In this document: in pieces, positions 9,294 to 19,294 of the stretch | Layout: every line of letters starts with the position of its first letter | Position numbering within the stretch: position 1 is the first letter of the stretch | Origin: Nitrospirota bacterium | GTDB lineage: Bacteria; Nitrospirota; Thermodesulfovibrionia; Thermodesulfovibrionales; Dissulfurispiraceae | NCBI GenBank assembly: GCA_963790025.1 | Contig: CAWBMP010000002.1 | Coordinates: forward strand, 160,001-224,000 | Length of the DNA stretch: 64,000 nt | Reading direction: 5' to 3' | Notes under the pieces: generated by a model | Database searches by the model: none | What the model was told of the DNA's origin: nothing | What the model saw: only the letters and a program-made list of their open reading frames with translations | Translations under genes and position numbers: made by a program

Positions 9294-11456
9294 TTAAAAC
9301 TTATAAGCGGCACTCAGGAAGACTATGCTTGCATTGTAACTCGGGTTTGCATAGGCGCCTGTCAGGTAAGTGTTGCTGGCCGCATTGAAATACTGATAAT
9401 TGGGGTTGGAAAGCGCATAATCGTTGTACTTGAACTGCTCGAATGAAGCCCCGACTGCCATCGTGAATGAGTTCGACAAGGCGTAGCTCAACTTGCACAT
9501 AAGAGAGCTCTTATGGTACGCATCCACGTCGCCCAGGTTGGGGTTGCCGACAGGGCCACTTGCTACGTTCGAGTTCACCCCGCCCACTTGATTGGGAACA
9601 GCGCTAAAGAAGCCGAAATCCTCGGTACCGTCCGAATTTACGTAATCGTACTGCACCCTGAGTGTCAGCTTTTTAGGCACCAGATAGACATCGACCCCTG
9701 CCCCGAATTCATAGGTATTGTCCTTCTGGGACAGGTTCCAGAGGTAGCCGTTGTTGCTGCTGCTGGTATAAAAATCCGAGGAAGTGTTGCAGACGCCGCT
9801 TGCGCTGGTGGTGTCGCAATCATGTAAATTCTGCTTGATATACTGTAAATCAAAATAGGCGTTCAGACGCACTATACCCCCGATCAGGTAATCGCCGTAA
9901 GTTTCCAGTTCATTCGTCGTGGCATTTTGAACGCCCAACAAGACATCCGGATATGTCGACTTCTTGTATTTGTAAGCAATCCCGACATTCAGATTGTCGA
10001 GAGGGGAGGAATCCGCCGCAACCTTGTATGTGTCCCTCCTCTGCGTCGCTGCATCAAAGATGGTGAACTGAGGGTAGTTAATATGTGACGTTGTAGAATC
10101 AATAGCATAAGGAGAACCAATTATAGCCTCCCTCGCCAGATGTTCATAGCCCATCTTCGGTGTCAGAAAATCCAGACCGTTCCACTTCAGTTCAGCGGAA
10201 TATACATTGTCTTTGGTGGAAGGGATATCTGGCCTGATTCTGTCTGTATCGATATAGGAATATCCTGCGTTCAAGCGAAATTGCGCAGGCAGTTTGAACC
10301 CGAAATCAGCGCCGTAGTTGTTCTTTTTGTAGTCAAAAAGAGGGACGACAATAGTAGGGGGGGTATTGCCGGCAATCGTCTGGTATATAGTGTCAGACTT
10401 GTTCGTCGTGCTGTAGTATTTGTAAAACAGCTTCACATCAAGAAACCTGACCGGATTGGAGGTCAGCGAAAAGGCATAATTCTCGACGTCCTTGCGTCCG
10501 TTGAAGGTAGTTGAACTCAAAGTGGTCTGGGCGTTACCGGGCACTGAATTGTTGAAATTAAGAATGGGGCTGAGATTGAAACTGGAACTCTCACGAGAGT
10601 TCGCAAGACTAACATTGAACCTGGTGTTCAGCGGAAGCTGCAATACGCCTTTAAACCCCAGTTTGTAAAAATGGTTGTCGGGTGGAAGCGACATCAGAGA
10701 AGCGGTAGAATTGGATATCGGGCCGGACCCGGCAATCAGCATGGTTTGGTTCGAATTTGTGAAATCGCCGTAGGAGAAAGTAAGCGCCGCAAACAACGGC
10801 TTGGCCCTGTATCCGATCTCACCTATGTAGTTGGTCGTCTCGTATTGGACAGGAGCAGGGATTTCAATCCCGTTCCCGTTACTATAAGGCAGAAGGCCGC
10901 TTCTGTCCTCCCTGGCCGCTGAGAAATCGACATAAAAAGGATTGAGCAAATCAACTTTGAGCCCGCCTCCGTACTGGTTCCTCTGGATAGAGTAATTAAA
11001 ACTGTTCCAGGTCGACGGATTGGTATTCGCAGGTAAATGCGAAGCGTTGAGCGTAGTTGTAAGCGAGTTGCCGCCCACGCCGGAATAAGGTGTCAGGGCG
11101 CCGAAAGTCGTATTATGCACAATCGAATTTTCGAAAGCGTTGAATTTGAATTTCCCGTACATCCCGGTGTCAAGGTTATAGCTTTGCGTATTATAGCCCA
11201 TATCAGAGGACCTGAACTTCAGGAAAAAGTCATCGCTGTCATAGCCCAGCCTGATGTTGTCGTAAAAGCCGCCCTGATTCACCATATCTCTGTATTCGCT
11301 GAATTTCGCCTTGCTGCCGTTTACATCAACAACCTCGGCAGTACCGCCTATCTCTCCATAAAATGTCCCGCCTGATCCGGTAGCATCGGCCGAAAACGCA
11401 CTGGCAAATGGCAGGAGGACAAATGCTGCTGCTAATGTCATTATTCTGAATTTCAT
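9294..11456 (-). CDS. mtrB: MtrB/PioB family outer-membrane beta-barrel porin
   Basis: Signal peptide, KFSEYRD motif, about 720 aa of amphipathic strands, C-terminal YKF; directly downstream of a decaheme cytochrome. Confidence 0.88.
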   Translation of the reverse strand: MKFRIMTLAAAFVLLPFASAFSADATGSGGTFYGEIGGTAEVVDVNGSKAKFSEYRDMVNQGGFYDNIRLGYDSDDFFLKFRSSDMGYNTQSYNLDTGMYGKFKFNAFENSIVHNTTFGALTPYSGVGGNSLTTTLNASHLPANTNPSTWNSFNYSIQRNQYGGGLKVDLLNPFYVDFSAAREDRSGLLPYSNGNGIEIPAPVQYETTNYIGEIGYRAKPLFAALTFSYGDFTNSNQTMLIAGSGPISNSTASLMSLPPDNHFYKLGFKGVLQLPLNTRFNVSLANSRESSSFNLSPILNFNNSVPGNAQTTLSSTTFNGRKDVENYAFSLTSNPVRFLDVKLFYKYYSTTNKSDTIYQTIAGNTPPTIVVPLFDYKKNNYGADFGFKLPAQFRLNAGYSYIDTDRIRPDIPSTKDNVYSAELKWNGLDFLTPKMGYEHLAREAIIGSPYAIDSTTSHINYPQFTIFDAATQRRDTYKVAADSSPLDNLNVGIAYKYKKSTYPDVLLGVQNATTNELETYGDYLIGGIVRLNAYFDLQYIKQNLHDCDTTSASGVCNTSSDFYTSSSNNGYLWNLSQKDNTYEFGAGVDVYLVPKKLTLRVQYDYVNSDGTEDFGFFSAVPNQVGGVNSNVASGPVGNPNLGDVDAYHKSSLMCKLSYALSNSFTMAVGASFEQFKYNDYALSNPNYQYFNAASNTYLTGAYANPSYNASIVFLSAAYKF

Positions 11457-11468
11457 CTTTATCCCCTC

Positions 11469-12434
11469 CTATTCTCTGAAAGAGCAGCCATTCGCAGATT
11501 TTAAACCGTTGCTGCCATGAATGGATGGATGGCAGTTCAGGCAGGCACGTCCGAACATATGGTTCGACTGGTTTGCGGCGGCAACGGCAGGATTTGATGT
11601 TGTGAAGAAGGTAAACGGCTGTCCACCCATGCCACTGCCATGACTACCCCCGGTTGCATGGCACTGCTCGCACAGCACCGGCACCCTCTGCGTCAGCATT
11701 CTGTCGTGATTGCTCCCGTGAGGGTTATGGCAATTCAGGCAATTCTCTTCGACAGGAGGATGTTCGTTCATATATGGACCTCTTTTTTCGGCGTGACACT
11801 TATAACAGAGCTCGTTGACGGAATCGGCCCTCAGCATCTTATCATTAAGCTCACCATGAGGGTTATGACAGTCAACGCATGCCACTTTGCCCTCCTTGAT
11901 GGGATGGTGGGACTGTTTGTTTACCATAGTCTTGATGTCCCTGTGGCACTGGAAGCAGACCTCGGACTTTTCAGCTTTCAGGAGTTTATCTCCCCCTTTG
12001 TGGGGCGAATGGCAATTGTCGCAGGAAACATCCTCCATTTTATGCTTGCTGGAATTCCAGAAAGCCTGGTCCTTCATAACTTCATGGCAGGCAAGACACT
12101 TTGCTGTCTTGGCCTTTGGATCAGTTTTTTTGTCAAAGGCAAAGATATCTACGCCCCTGCCGCCGCCTTTCTCAACATGCTTTGCACCTGGACCGTGGCA
12201 GGTCTCGCAGGCATCCTGCGATGCAGGCCCCTTCACATGTTTCTTGGAATGGATGGTCTTTGCATAAGACGCATATTGGGCCTCGTGACAGCCCTGACAG
12301 GTTTCAGCGCCGATGAAACCTTCTTTTTCCATCGTTCCTTCCTTTGTTTCCTTTTCACTGCTCCTGGACATGGAGACAAAGGTGAATAGAAAGACAAGAG
12401 GCATTAAAAGAAAAACTATGTATTTTTTTTGCAT
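11469..12434 (-). CDS. mtrA: DmsE/MtrA/MtoA family periplasmic decaheme c-type cytochrome
   Basis: Ten CxxCH motifs counted (CQGCH, CETCH, CLACH, CDNCH, CFQCH, CVDCH, CYKCH, CLNCH, CEQCH, CLNCH); CHAEKRGP..EHPPV and IHGSN signatures. Confidence 0.93.
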   Translation of the reverse strand: MQKKYIVFLLMPLVFLFTFVSMSRSSEKETKEGTMEKEGFIGAETCQGCHEAQYASYAKTIHSKKHVKGPASQDACETCHGPGAKHVEKGGGRGVDIFAFDKKTDPKAKTAKCLACHEVMKDQAFWNSSKHKMEDVSCDNCHSPHKGGDKLLKAEKSEVCFQCHRDIKTMVNKQSHHPIKEGKVACVDCHNPHGELNDKMLRADSVNELCYKCHAEKRGPYMNEHPPVEENCLNCHNPHGSNHDRMLTQRVPVLCEQCHATGGSHGSGMGGQPFTFFTTSNPAVAAANQSNHMFGRACLNCHPSIHGSNGLKSANGCSFRE

Positions 12435-12486
12435 CTCCAACCTCCGCTGTAATTTTTTCTATACAAAAAACCTGATAAGAGAAACA

Positions 12487-13314
12487 TCATTTGACCATCA
12501 CAAGGCGGAACCCGAGTGCATGATGACCGAATGTCGGAGTGAGAGGAACGCGATGAGAAACCCTTATACCCATGGGTCCGTTGCTCCAGCAGCCCCCACG
12601 CTCGACATGATACTCTCCGGACCCCGTGTATACGGGGTTGTTTTTCGGGAGCTGGGTATAGGCCGAACTGCTATAAACATCCTCGACCCACTGCCAGACA
12701 TTGCCGAGCATGTCGTATAGTCCAAAACCGTTTGGCTGAAAACTGCCGACAGGGGATGAGACCAGAAACTTGTCATCACAGTAAAAGGCCGTCCAGTTCT
12801 TCCAGCGCTTCTTTGCACTTATATCAGCCACGTTTGCATATTTACAGGCGTCGTCGGGATTATCGCCCCAGAAACGGCTTGTCTTTGTTCCCGCACGGGC
12901 AGCATATTCCCACTCGGCTTCTGTCGGCAGCCTATAGGTATGCCCTGTTTTTCCTGAAAGCCATTTGGCAAACGCAACGGCATCATACCATGAAACATCC
13001 ACTACCGGCTGTTTATCACCATTCAGCGATAAGCCGTCAAAATTGGCGCTTTTATGTTCTGGCTGAAATTTTCTGAACTGCTCATTGGTCACATCATACT
13101 TGCCCAAGAAGAAATCATTGACACATACCTCATGGACCGGCCTCTCGTTGCTGTCACCATCGCCGACCGAGTCCCCCATGTCATAACAGCCGCCTTTAAT
13201 AAATATAAACTCCATGCCTGTTTCGGAGTCCGTATTCGAAGTTTCTGCTTTGACAATGGCGGGAGAGACAATAAGGAAGAACATCAATGCGACAAACGGA
13301 ATTTTTAAAGACAT
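12487..13314 (-). CDS. Secreted formylglycine-generating enzyme (FGE/SUMF1) domain protein
   Basis: Signal peptide; RLPTEAEWEYAARAG, PNGFGLYDMLGNVWQW, GFRL motifs. Confidence 0.9.
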   Translation of the reverse strand: MSLKIPFVALMFFLIVSPAIVKAETSNTDSETGMEFIFIKGGCYDMGDSVGDGDSNERPVHEVCVNDFFLGKYDVTNEQFRKFQPEHKSANFDGLSLNGDKQPVVDVSWYDAVAFAKWLSGKTGHTYRLPTEAEWEYAARAGTKTSRFWGDNPDDACKYANVADISAKKRWKNWTAFYCDDKFLVSSPVGSFQPNGFGLYDMLGNVWQWVEDVYSSSAYTQLPKNNPVYTGSGEYHVERGGCWSNGPMGIRVSHRVPLTPTFGHHALGFRLVMVK

Positions 13315-13396
13315 TTTACACCCCCCTGATCCAAAAAATCAGATTTTGTGGCTTCGTTATATGTTTCATATCGTAACATATATTATTATTTCTACA

Positions 13397-13424
13397 ATTA
13401 TACAATAATTGTTTATATTGTCAA
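13397..13424 (-). promoter_or_regulatory. Consensus sigma70 promoter for the FGE-mtrA-mtrB operon
   Basis: Minus strand TTGACA-16 nt-TATAAT, both hexamers perfect; the spacer contains the palindrome acaat-a-attgt. Confidence 0.7.
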
Positions 13425-13520
13425 CAGTTATGTCAGTAATAACGTCGGGGTCACCGTCACTACGGAGGTTCATATGTTACACATCAAGAAATAGGCTGAT
13501 GCACCCGGATTTTTGTCTAT

Positions 13521-14216
13521 CTAAATCATTAAGCTCACCGCTTCATCGCCCAATGCATCTGCAACGGCATCGATAACACCAAGGGACGAAATGTGGGGCC
13601 CCATCCACGATATTGGCCCTATTATCGGTACAGGACATATGCGACGCAGCACATCTGGGTTTGTCCGCTCAGCCATTGTATCCCCTGAGGGCCCGCTGCT
13701 GTTGATAATGACCCCCCGTACTTCTATCCCTTCTCTAAGGGCATGGATGACTGTCAAGAGTGTATGATTGATAGTGCCCAATCCCTCTCTTGCAACTATA
13801 ACGGCAGGCAGGTCCAACATCTTGATCAGATCGGAGATAAAAAAAGATTCCTTTAGCGGCACCATAAGGCCGCCCGCTCCCTCCACGACGAGGAATTCAT
13901 ATTTTGCTTTAAGGACATCATACGCATGCATTATAGCATCCAGCTCAACGTGCTTCCCTTCCAGTTCCGCGGCAACCATAGGCGCAAGCGGGTTTGAAAA
14001 ACAAAGGGGCGTTATAAGCTCAACTGGGTCATCCATTCCGGCAATCTCCCTCAAAAACGTCCCGTCAGCAGGTATTGATTGAATGCAGCCTGTCTCGACA
14101 GGCTTCATTGCACCTACCTTAATCCCTTTCCGGCCCAGGGCGCGTATCAACCCGGCAGCTATGACCGTCTTGCCGACTCCTGTGTCCGTCCCAGTTATAA
14201 AAATGTCTTTTGCCAT
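13521..14216 (-). CDS. bioD: Dethiobiotin synthase
   Basis: FITGTDTGVGKT, KPVETG, VVEGAGGL, LGTINHTLLT. Confidence 0.96.
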   Translation of the reverse strand: MAKDIFITGTDTGVGKTVIAAGLIRALGRKGIKVGAMKPVETGCIQSIPADGTFLREIAGMDDPVELITPLCFSNPLAPMVAAELEGKHVELDAIMHAYDVLKAKYEFLVVEGAGGLMVPLKESFFISDLIKMLDLPAVIVAREGLGTINHTLLTVIHALREGIEVRGVIINSSGPSGDTMAERTNPDVLRRICPVPIIGPISWMGPHISSLGVIDAVADALGDEAVSLMI

Positions 14217-14362
14217 ATCCCTTCCCAGTCCTCAAGCTCCGTCTGTTATCACCATTGTCTTGTTCGTCACAATCATACGTATTCATGTTATAATTTCAAA
14301 CAATTTAAATCAAATGCGTTATAAGCTGTGAGAGGCTTACGGTTTTTTTGAGGGGAGGTATC

Positions 14363-14920
14363 ATGACACGTTTTGAAGAAGTGCAAATGAAGATCGCAGA
14401 ATCTGCAAAAAATTATCTTGAGATATTCAATATGCAGGTTTTCATAGAGCAGTTCACACTTGACAGGGAGAGCAGGTTCTCGCTCGTGCTGCCTCAGATG
14501 GAGCCGCCTTATGCACTGACAGCAACCGTATCCTTTACATACGACGCCTTTCAGACAGGAATGACTCTTTACGAGGAGGATGCTGAAGAAAGCACGATGG
14601 ACGCCGATACCTCGCTGGAACTCGAATTCGAAATAAAATTGCCTATGATGGAAGATCATCCGAATATTGAGGCATTGCTTACGGAAGTCGAAGAGGAATA
14701 TCCTGACACCCAGCCCGTGCTCTTTGTAAAAGAAATAATACCCAGCGAGCAGCCATCCAGGGAATACGAAATTTCTTACGTATATGATATCGAGGCAAAC
14801 GATCTGGACGATGATAAACTGTTCGATGAGATTTTCGAGGAACTCAGGGGCATTCTTGAACTCATCAACAAAAGGACGCGGGATTATATAGACCACTCCT
14901 GGTACAGCGCCGAAGAATGA
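14363..14920 (+). CDS. Acidic hypothetical protein
   Basis: GGGGAGG RBS before ATG 14363; very D/E-rich; followed after 10 nt by the HAD gene. Confidence 0.75.
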   Translation: MTRFEEVQMKIAESAKNYLEIFNMQVFIEQFTLDRESRFSLVLPQMEPPYALTATVSFTYDAFQTGMTLYEEDAEESTMDADTSLELEFEIKLPMMEDHPNIEALLTEVEEEYPDTQPVLFVKEIIPSEQPSREYEISYVYDIEANDLDDDKLFDEIFEELRGILELINKRTRDYIDHSWYSAEE

Positions 14921-14930
14921 TGACGGTCTC

Positions 14931-15599
14931 GTGTCAAAAATGATACCGATGAAGCAAATCGATTGCATACTGCTGGACATGGACGGGACTCTGCTGGACA
15001 AGTATTTCGATGATTATTTCTGGGAGCACCTTGTGCCTGAAAAATACGCTGAAAAGCATGGCGTCACTTTCGGGAAGGCAAAAGAAATATTGCTCGCCCT
15101 GTACAAATCCCACGAAGGCACTTTGAACTGGACCGATATCGATTTCTGGTCAAAGGAACTTCATCTGGACATCCCGGCGCTCAAGGAACAGATTAAACAC
15201 CTCATCGAAGTACATCCCCATGTCGAGGATTTCCTTAAAGCAATGAAGCAGCATAAAAAAAGAGTTTACATGCTCACTAATGCCCATTATAAGGTACTGG
15301 ACATCAAATTAAAAAAGACCGACATAGGCAGATACTTCGACAACTGCATCACGTCTTGTGAGATGGGCTATCCCAAGGAGATGATCGAATTCTGGGAGAA
15401 AGTAGCACTGATGCTGAAATTCGATAAGGAACGCACGCTCTTTATCGACGATACAGCCGAAGTACTGAAAACGGCAAAAACCTTCGGAATAAAATACCTC
15501 TTACTCAAAACAGGTGCAAGCTCAAAGAAAAAAGACAAGGTAACACACGAATTCCCTGTCCTGAAAGATTACCGTGAACTGATCAACGCTGCGGGCTGA
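14931..15599 (+). CDS. HAD-superfamily hydrolase, YrfG-like nucleotidase
   Basis: DMDGTLLD..FD..FW, TNAH, FIDD motifs. Confidence 0.85.
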   Translation: MSKMIPMKQIDCILLDMDGTLLDKYFDDYFWEHLVPEKYAEKHGVTFGKAKEILLALYKSHEGTLNWTDIDFWSKELHLDIPALKEQIKHLIEVHPHVEDFLKAMKQHKKRVYMLTNAHYKVLDIKLKKTDIGRYFDNCITSCEMGYPKEMIEFWEKVALMLKFDKERTLFIDDTAEVLKTAKTFGIKYLLLKTGASSKKKDKVTHEFPVLKDYRELINAAG

Positions 15600-15612
15600 T
15601 TCAGGGGTTGCC

Positions 15613-17808
15613 TTAAGGCAAATAGCTCTCGAACCCGCCAATTCTCCAGAAATCCCAGATGTTCATATAGAAAGCGTCAAAGCGCCTATGCCGCACCTGT
15701 TCCTCCTCGCGGCGCCAGAAAAAAAGATCGCTTGCAGTAAAGAGATAACCGAAATGATAGGCAGTGAAGTCCTTTCGCTGCCTGGCAATAAGGCTGACCG
15801 GATACCGGTAAATCTTCTCCTGAAGGTGTACTATCATCAGGGTTTTCTGTCGAACGCGCGCAGCCTGCTGCAGCAGCATTTCGGCCTCGGGGGTCGCTGG
15901 TTGCCACCATTGCCCTTTTCTCTGGGCCAGAAGAGCTCTAAGGGTCAAAGCACGGTGCTGTGCCCTGAGTGAGGTCACTTTAAGCGCCCATGTCAATTCG
16001 TGCGCTATCAAGGGAAGATCAGGAGTCATCCGGCTATTCCCCTCGTAAATCCGGCCGGTTTCACGTTCAAGCCCTTCCACCGCTGCGTTCATCTCATTGG
16101 CGTACATTTCCAGTTCTGATACAGTAGATGCCACGATGCGTTTTGCTTCCTCATCAGATGCTTGATATAGCAGCCACGAATTGGTAAAGGCCGGTCTCGG
16201 CTGAAAAGGGCTGTTAAAGGGCCAGGGAAGCTCTGCTGAAGGGTCACGTGCAGACATAAAAGCGATAAGTCCCCTGCCCTTCAACCAGTAGTTCTGAATG
16301 GACAGGGCCCTCTGAAATAACCGGTATATACGGGCATCTGGAAACAGGTCCTGCAGCACACTGAGAGGGGATGTCTTCTGCAAAGAACCGTTTTTATAAT
16401 GGTCCCAGGACCACCTGGCAATACTCCAGTTCACGAGCCAGTAGCCCCATTCCCAGCCCGAACTGAACGTGAGGTGATTATCAATGCCTGCCCTTTTCAT
16501 TGTTTGCATATCGGACCACCGCGCATCAAGATACGGAAGGAGAAGCAGCGGAACAGAATTATCGAAGGAGACCCAGTACGCTGCTTCAGGCCAGTACCAG
16601 GTCTCCCGCCGTTTGTTTTCCCATGTTGCACTGGCAAGCATATACCGAAGATTCCTGTTTCCATAGACAGGTGCACTTGTCTCGTCGATTGAATAAAACA
16701 TGACAGTATGTATCAATGTGCCCGCCTTGAAAGATTTGCCGTTTTGGCCGCCATGCTGACCGTTAATGACATGGGTCGGGACCATCACCTTGGTTTTATA
16801 TCTCTCATTGACCTGTCTGATGAGATACGTTTTCAGTTCAGGCATCAATTCACCAAGATTGGGCATATATTCACCCATACTGAAATCAACGGTGATAAAA
16901 TCCCAGTTCACCCGGAATATCCATGCTAGAGTGTTATCGATTTGCTGTTTATAGGAAGGAAGAAACCTTAATAGCTTTATGCTCTGAAAAGCCTTTTGCT
17001 GAACCATGAAGAGAGAGAATTCAATACCTGCAAGTATGCCTCTTTTATGCGCATATGCTGCGAGGTCACCGGCGTGCGTGATCCAGCGCGCACGATCAAT
17101 GTCCCTTAAAAGGTAAAACTGAAACACATTCTGCTGGTTTCTCGCCAGCCAGTCTATATACTCTCTGAGGTCTTCGGCAGCATGAGGGTAATCAGGATTA
17201 TGAAGTTGCTCGGTAAGTTCGACAGGATGAAGGGAATGGATATGAAACCCTTTCTTGTCAAAGCGCGGAAAGGCGTCCCACCGAAAGTTCACCGGCAGCG
17301 GCCAGTGTTTATGGAAAGGGACAAGGGTCCTTTTGGGATGGTAAAATTTAAACCCGAGTTTCTCCTGGAGCAGTGCGTAAAGTCCGCAACTCACCCCCTG
17401 AAAAGAGGGTGATGTAAGGGCAAGGACCACACCGCCGCCTTTGCCGGAGGAAACCCAGTGATACTCGTGGTCCGGGTATTGCAAATAATCGTAGACTCTT
17501 CCCTTTGCAAAACGGTCAGTTAGGGCTGTGTTTTCTCCGCCGCTTCTTGAAACAGCTATATGCACCCCGGCAGAAGGATTATTCAGAGACACGGACGCGG
17601 AGGGAAATCCCTTCTTCAGAAGACTTACAACGTCCCTTATCGTAATGGCAGTAATGGAATTATTGAGGAATACCTGCGGGACGTCGATACTGATGGAGCG
17701 CACAGGAACCCCTTTGCCGGAGGCAAGCCCATCAGATGCGGAAATAAAAATCAGAATAAAAAGCAAGGCACATTTTACAATCATATAGTTAAAGTTTTTA
17801 TCCATCAC
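15613..17808 (-). CDS. Large exported hypothetical protein, possibly a glycoside-hydrolase-like fold
   Basis: 731-aa ORF with N-terminal signal; GLYALL...GFKFYHP and PRF..KGFHIH patterns resemble the hexosaminidase domain-2/TIM-barrel junction. Confidence 0.6.
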   Translation of the reverse strand: MMDKNFNYMIVKCALLFILIFISASDGLASGKGVPVRSISIDVPQVFLNNSITAITIRDVVSLLKKGFPSASVSLNNPSAGVHIAVSRSGGENTALTDRFAKGRVYDYLQYPDHEYHWVSSGKGGGVVLALTSPSFQGVSCGLYALLQEKLGFKFYHPKRTLVPFHKHWPLPVNFRWDAFPRFDKKGFHIHSLHPVELTEQLHNPDYPHAAEDLREYIDWLARNQQNVFQFYLLRDIDRARWITHAGDLAAYAHKRGILAGIEFSLFMVQQKAFQSIKLLRFLPSYKQQIDNTLAWIFRVNWDFITVDFSMGEYMPNLGELMPELKTYLIRQVNERYKTKVMVPTHVINGQHGGQNGKSFKAGTLIHTVMFYSIDETSAPVYGNRNLRYMLASATWENKRRETWYWPEAAYWVSFDNSVPLLLLPYLDARWSDMQTMKRAGIDNHLTFSSGWEWGYWLVNWSIARWSWDHYKNGSLQKTSPLSVLQDLFPDARIYRLFQRALSIQNYWLKGRGLIAFMSARDPSAELPWPFNSPFQPRPAFTNSWLLYQASDEEAKRIVASTVSELEMYANEMNAAVEGLERETGRIYEGNSRMTPDLPLIAHELTWALKVTSLRAQHRALTLRALLAQRKGQWWQPATPEAEMLLQQAARVRQKTLMIVHLQEKIYRYPVSLIARQRKDFTAYHFGYLFTASDLFFWRREEEQVRHRRFDAFYMNIWDFWRIGGFESYLP

Positions 17809-18009
17809 CAGATTGCCTTATTTTTATCGATTACTATATGTAATATTGTGATAAAACGCAAGATAGACAGGTGCGGGGCAGTGGGGTGTCGGCAGAGTGC
17901 ACCCCACAATATTGTCTAAAATATTTGGAATAGTGTATAATTATGGAAATTATATGGAGCACCTTAGTTGCTCTGTTTTTAAATTACAATATAAGGAGGT
18001 GAACAAAGC

Positions 18010-18276
18010 ATGAGGATGAAATCAATTATCGCTTTATTAGTAGCTTTGGTATTTACGCTCGGTATGGTCAGCTTTACATTTGCAGCTGATATGAAGGAAA
18101 TGAAGGGCACCGTTACAAAGATGGACGCTAAGTCCGTCACCATTAAGGACGCAGCCGGAAAAGAGACAAAGGTCGATGCGGTATGCAAAGATGTAAAGGT
18201 CGGCGATAAGATCACTGTTAAAGACGGCAAGTGCATGAAAGAAGCGCCTGCTAAGAAGAAGAGCAGCGGTTATTAA
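18010..18276 (+). CDS. Small exported OB-fold-like protein
   Basis: AAGGAGGT RBS, signal peptide, GTVTK.D...VKVGDKITV pattern, one Cys pair. Confidence 0.75.
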   Translation: MRMKSIIALLVALVFTLGMVSFTFAADMKEMKGTVTKMDAKSVTIKDAAGKETKVDAVCKDVKVGDKITVKDGKCMKEAPAKKKSSGY

Positions 18277-18296
18277 TAGCAGTTGTCGCAGTACAT

Positions 18297-18331
18297 AAGA
18301 GGGTGAGAGTCCAAAGCTTTCACCCTTTTTT
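18297..18331 (+). terminator. Intrinsic terminator
   Basis: aagagggtgagag-tccaaag-ctttcacccttttt. Confidence 0.7.
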
Positions 18332-18341
18332 ATTAAGAGAC

Positions 18342-18433
18342 AGGTATAGGCATAAGTAAAGGTATAGACAAAAATATTGATATCCTTCCTTTGTCTTTTA
18401 TTTTTTTCTTTACCTTTACCTCTACCTTTGCCT
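18342..18433. repeat. Intergenic imperfect inverted repeat built from 6-bp AGGTA(A/T) units
   Basis: aggtataggcataagtaaaggtatagacaaa ... tttacctttacctctacctttgcct. Confidence 0.6.
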
Positions 18434-18437
18434 AATT

Positions 18438-19196
18438 ATGTCAAACTGGAAAGATAATGTCTCTTTCGTACTCGTCGAGCCGCGTGAGCCCGCCAATATC
18501 GGCGCATCTGCACGGGCAATGAAAAACATGGGCTTCAAGGGCCTCTGCCTTGTAAAGCCGCCAGAAATCAACGACGAGGCACGGTCGCTTGCCCATAACG
18601 CCCTTGATGTCCTGGAAGGGGCAAGGCATTATGCCTGTCTTACTGATGCGCTTGACGATAAATCGCTTGTTGTCGCCGTAGCACGAAGGACCGGCAAGAA
18701 GCGAGGGTTAATCCTCGGACCGGACGAGACCGCGCAAAGAGTGTATGAAATTGCCTCCCATAATAAAGTGGCGCTTCTCTTCGGCAGGGAGGACAGGGGG
18801 TTGTATAACGAAGAGGTCAATGAGTGCGGCCTGCTCCTGACCATTCCTGCAAACAAGGAGCACCCCTCTTTAAACCTCTCCCACGCCATAATGGTTGTGG
18901 CCTATGCCCTTTCGAGGGTCCAATACAGAAAAGATCTTGTCCAAGCCGTGCCGGTGAAATCAAGGCGCGGGCAGAGCGGCCTTATCACCCACGGAGAACT
19001 TTCCGCGCTTTATGAGCGGATGGCAAACATCATCACGCTGCTCGAATACATCCCCCGGGGGGACAGAAACCTGAAGAAGCAAATAATGGATAACTTAAAG
19101 CATTTTATCGGCAGGGCGGGACTCAACGACTGGGAGATGAAAATGCTCCACGGCTTTTGCTCGCAGATAGAGCGCAAGTTGGGGAAAGGTGAGTGA
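18438..19196 (+). CDS. trmJ: TrmJ/LasT family SPOUT RNA methyltransferase
   Basis: VLVEP...NIGASARAMKNMG, LFGREDRGL, SLNLSHA. Confidence 0.88.
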   Translation: MSNWKDNVSFVLVEPREPANIGASARAMKNMGFKGLCLVKPPEINDEARSLAHNALDVLEGARHYACLTDALDDKSLVVAVARRTGKKRGLILGPDETAQRVYEIASHNKVALLFGREDRGLYNEEVNECGLLLTIPANKEHPSLNLSHAIMVVAYALSRVQYRKDLVQAVPVKSRRGQSGLITHGELSALYERMANIITLLEYIPRGDRNLKKQIMDNLKHFIGRAGLNDWEMKMLHGFCSQIERKLGKGE

Positions 19197-19201
19197 AGTT
19201 G

Positions 19202-19294
19202 TGTTCACGAAAAATAAAGTTGGTAACTGAAAAATAAAGTCGGTAATTAGAAAATAGAGTTGGTAATTGAAAAATAAAGTCGGCAACTGAAAAA
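19202..19294. mobile_element. Tn7-like transposon end: TGT terminus plus four tandem 20-bp putative TnsB-binding sites
   Basis: TGTTCACG, then aaaataaagttggtaactga / aaaataaagtcggtaattag / aaaatagagttggtaattga / aaaataaagtcggcaactga (19211-19290); marks the core-to-accessory boundary. Confidence 0.7.

Noticed and set aside
13354..13380. ModE-like operator upstream of the FGE-mtrAB operon
   Set aside because: Only one half-site (tcgttatat) matches in AT-rich DNA; too weak to assign.
19211..19290. 20-bp repeats as a CRISPR array
   Set aside because: The repeats are contiguous with no spacers and no cas genes; a transposon-end layout after TGT fits better.
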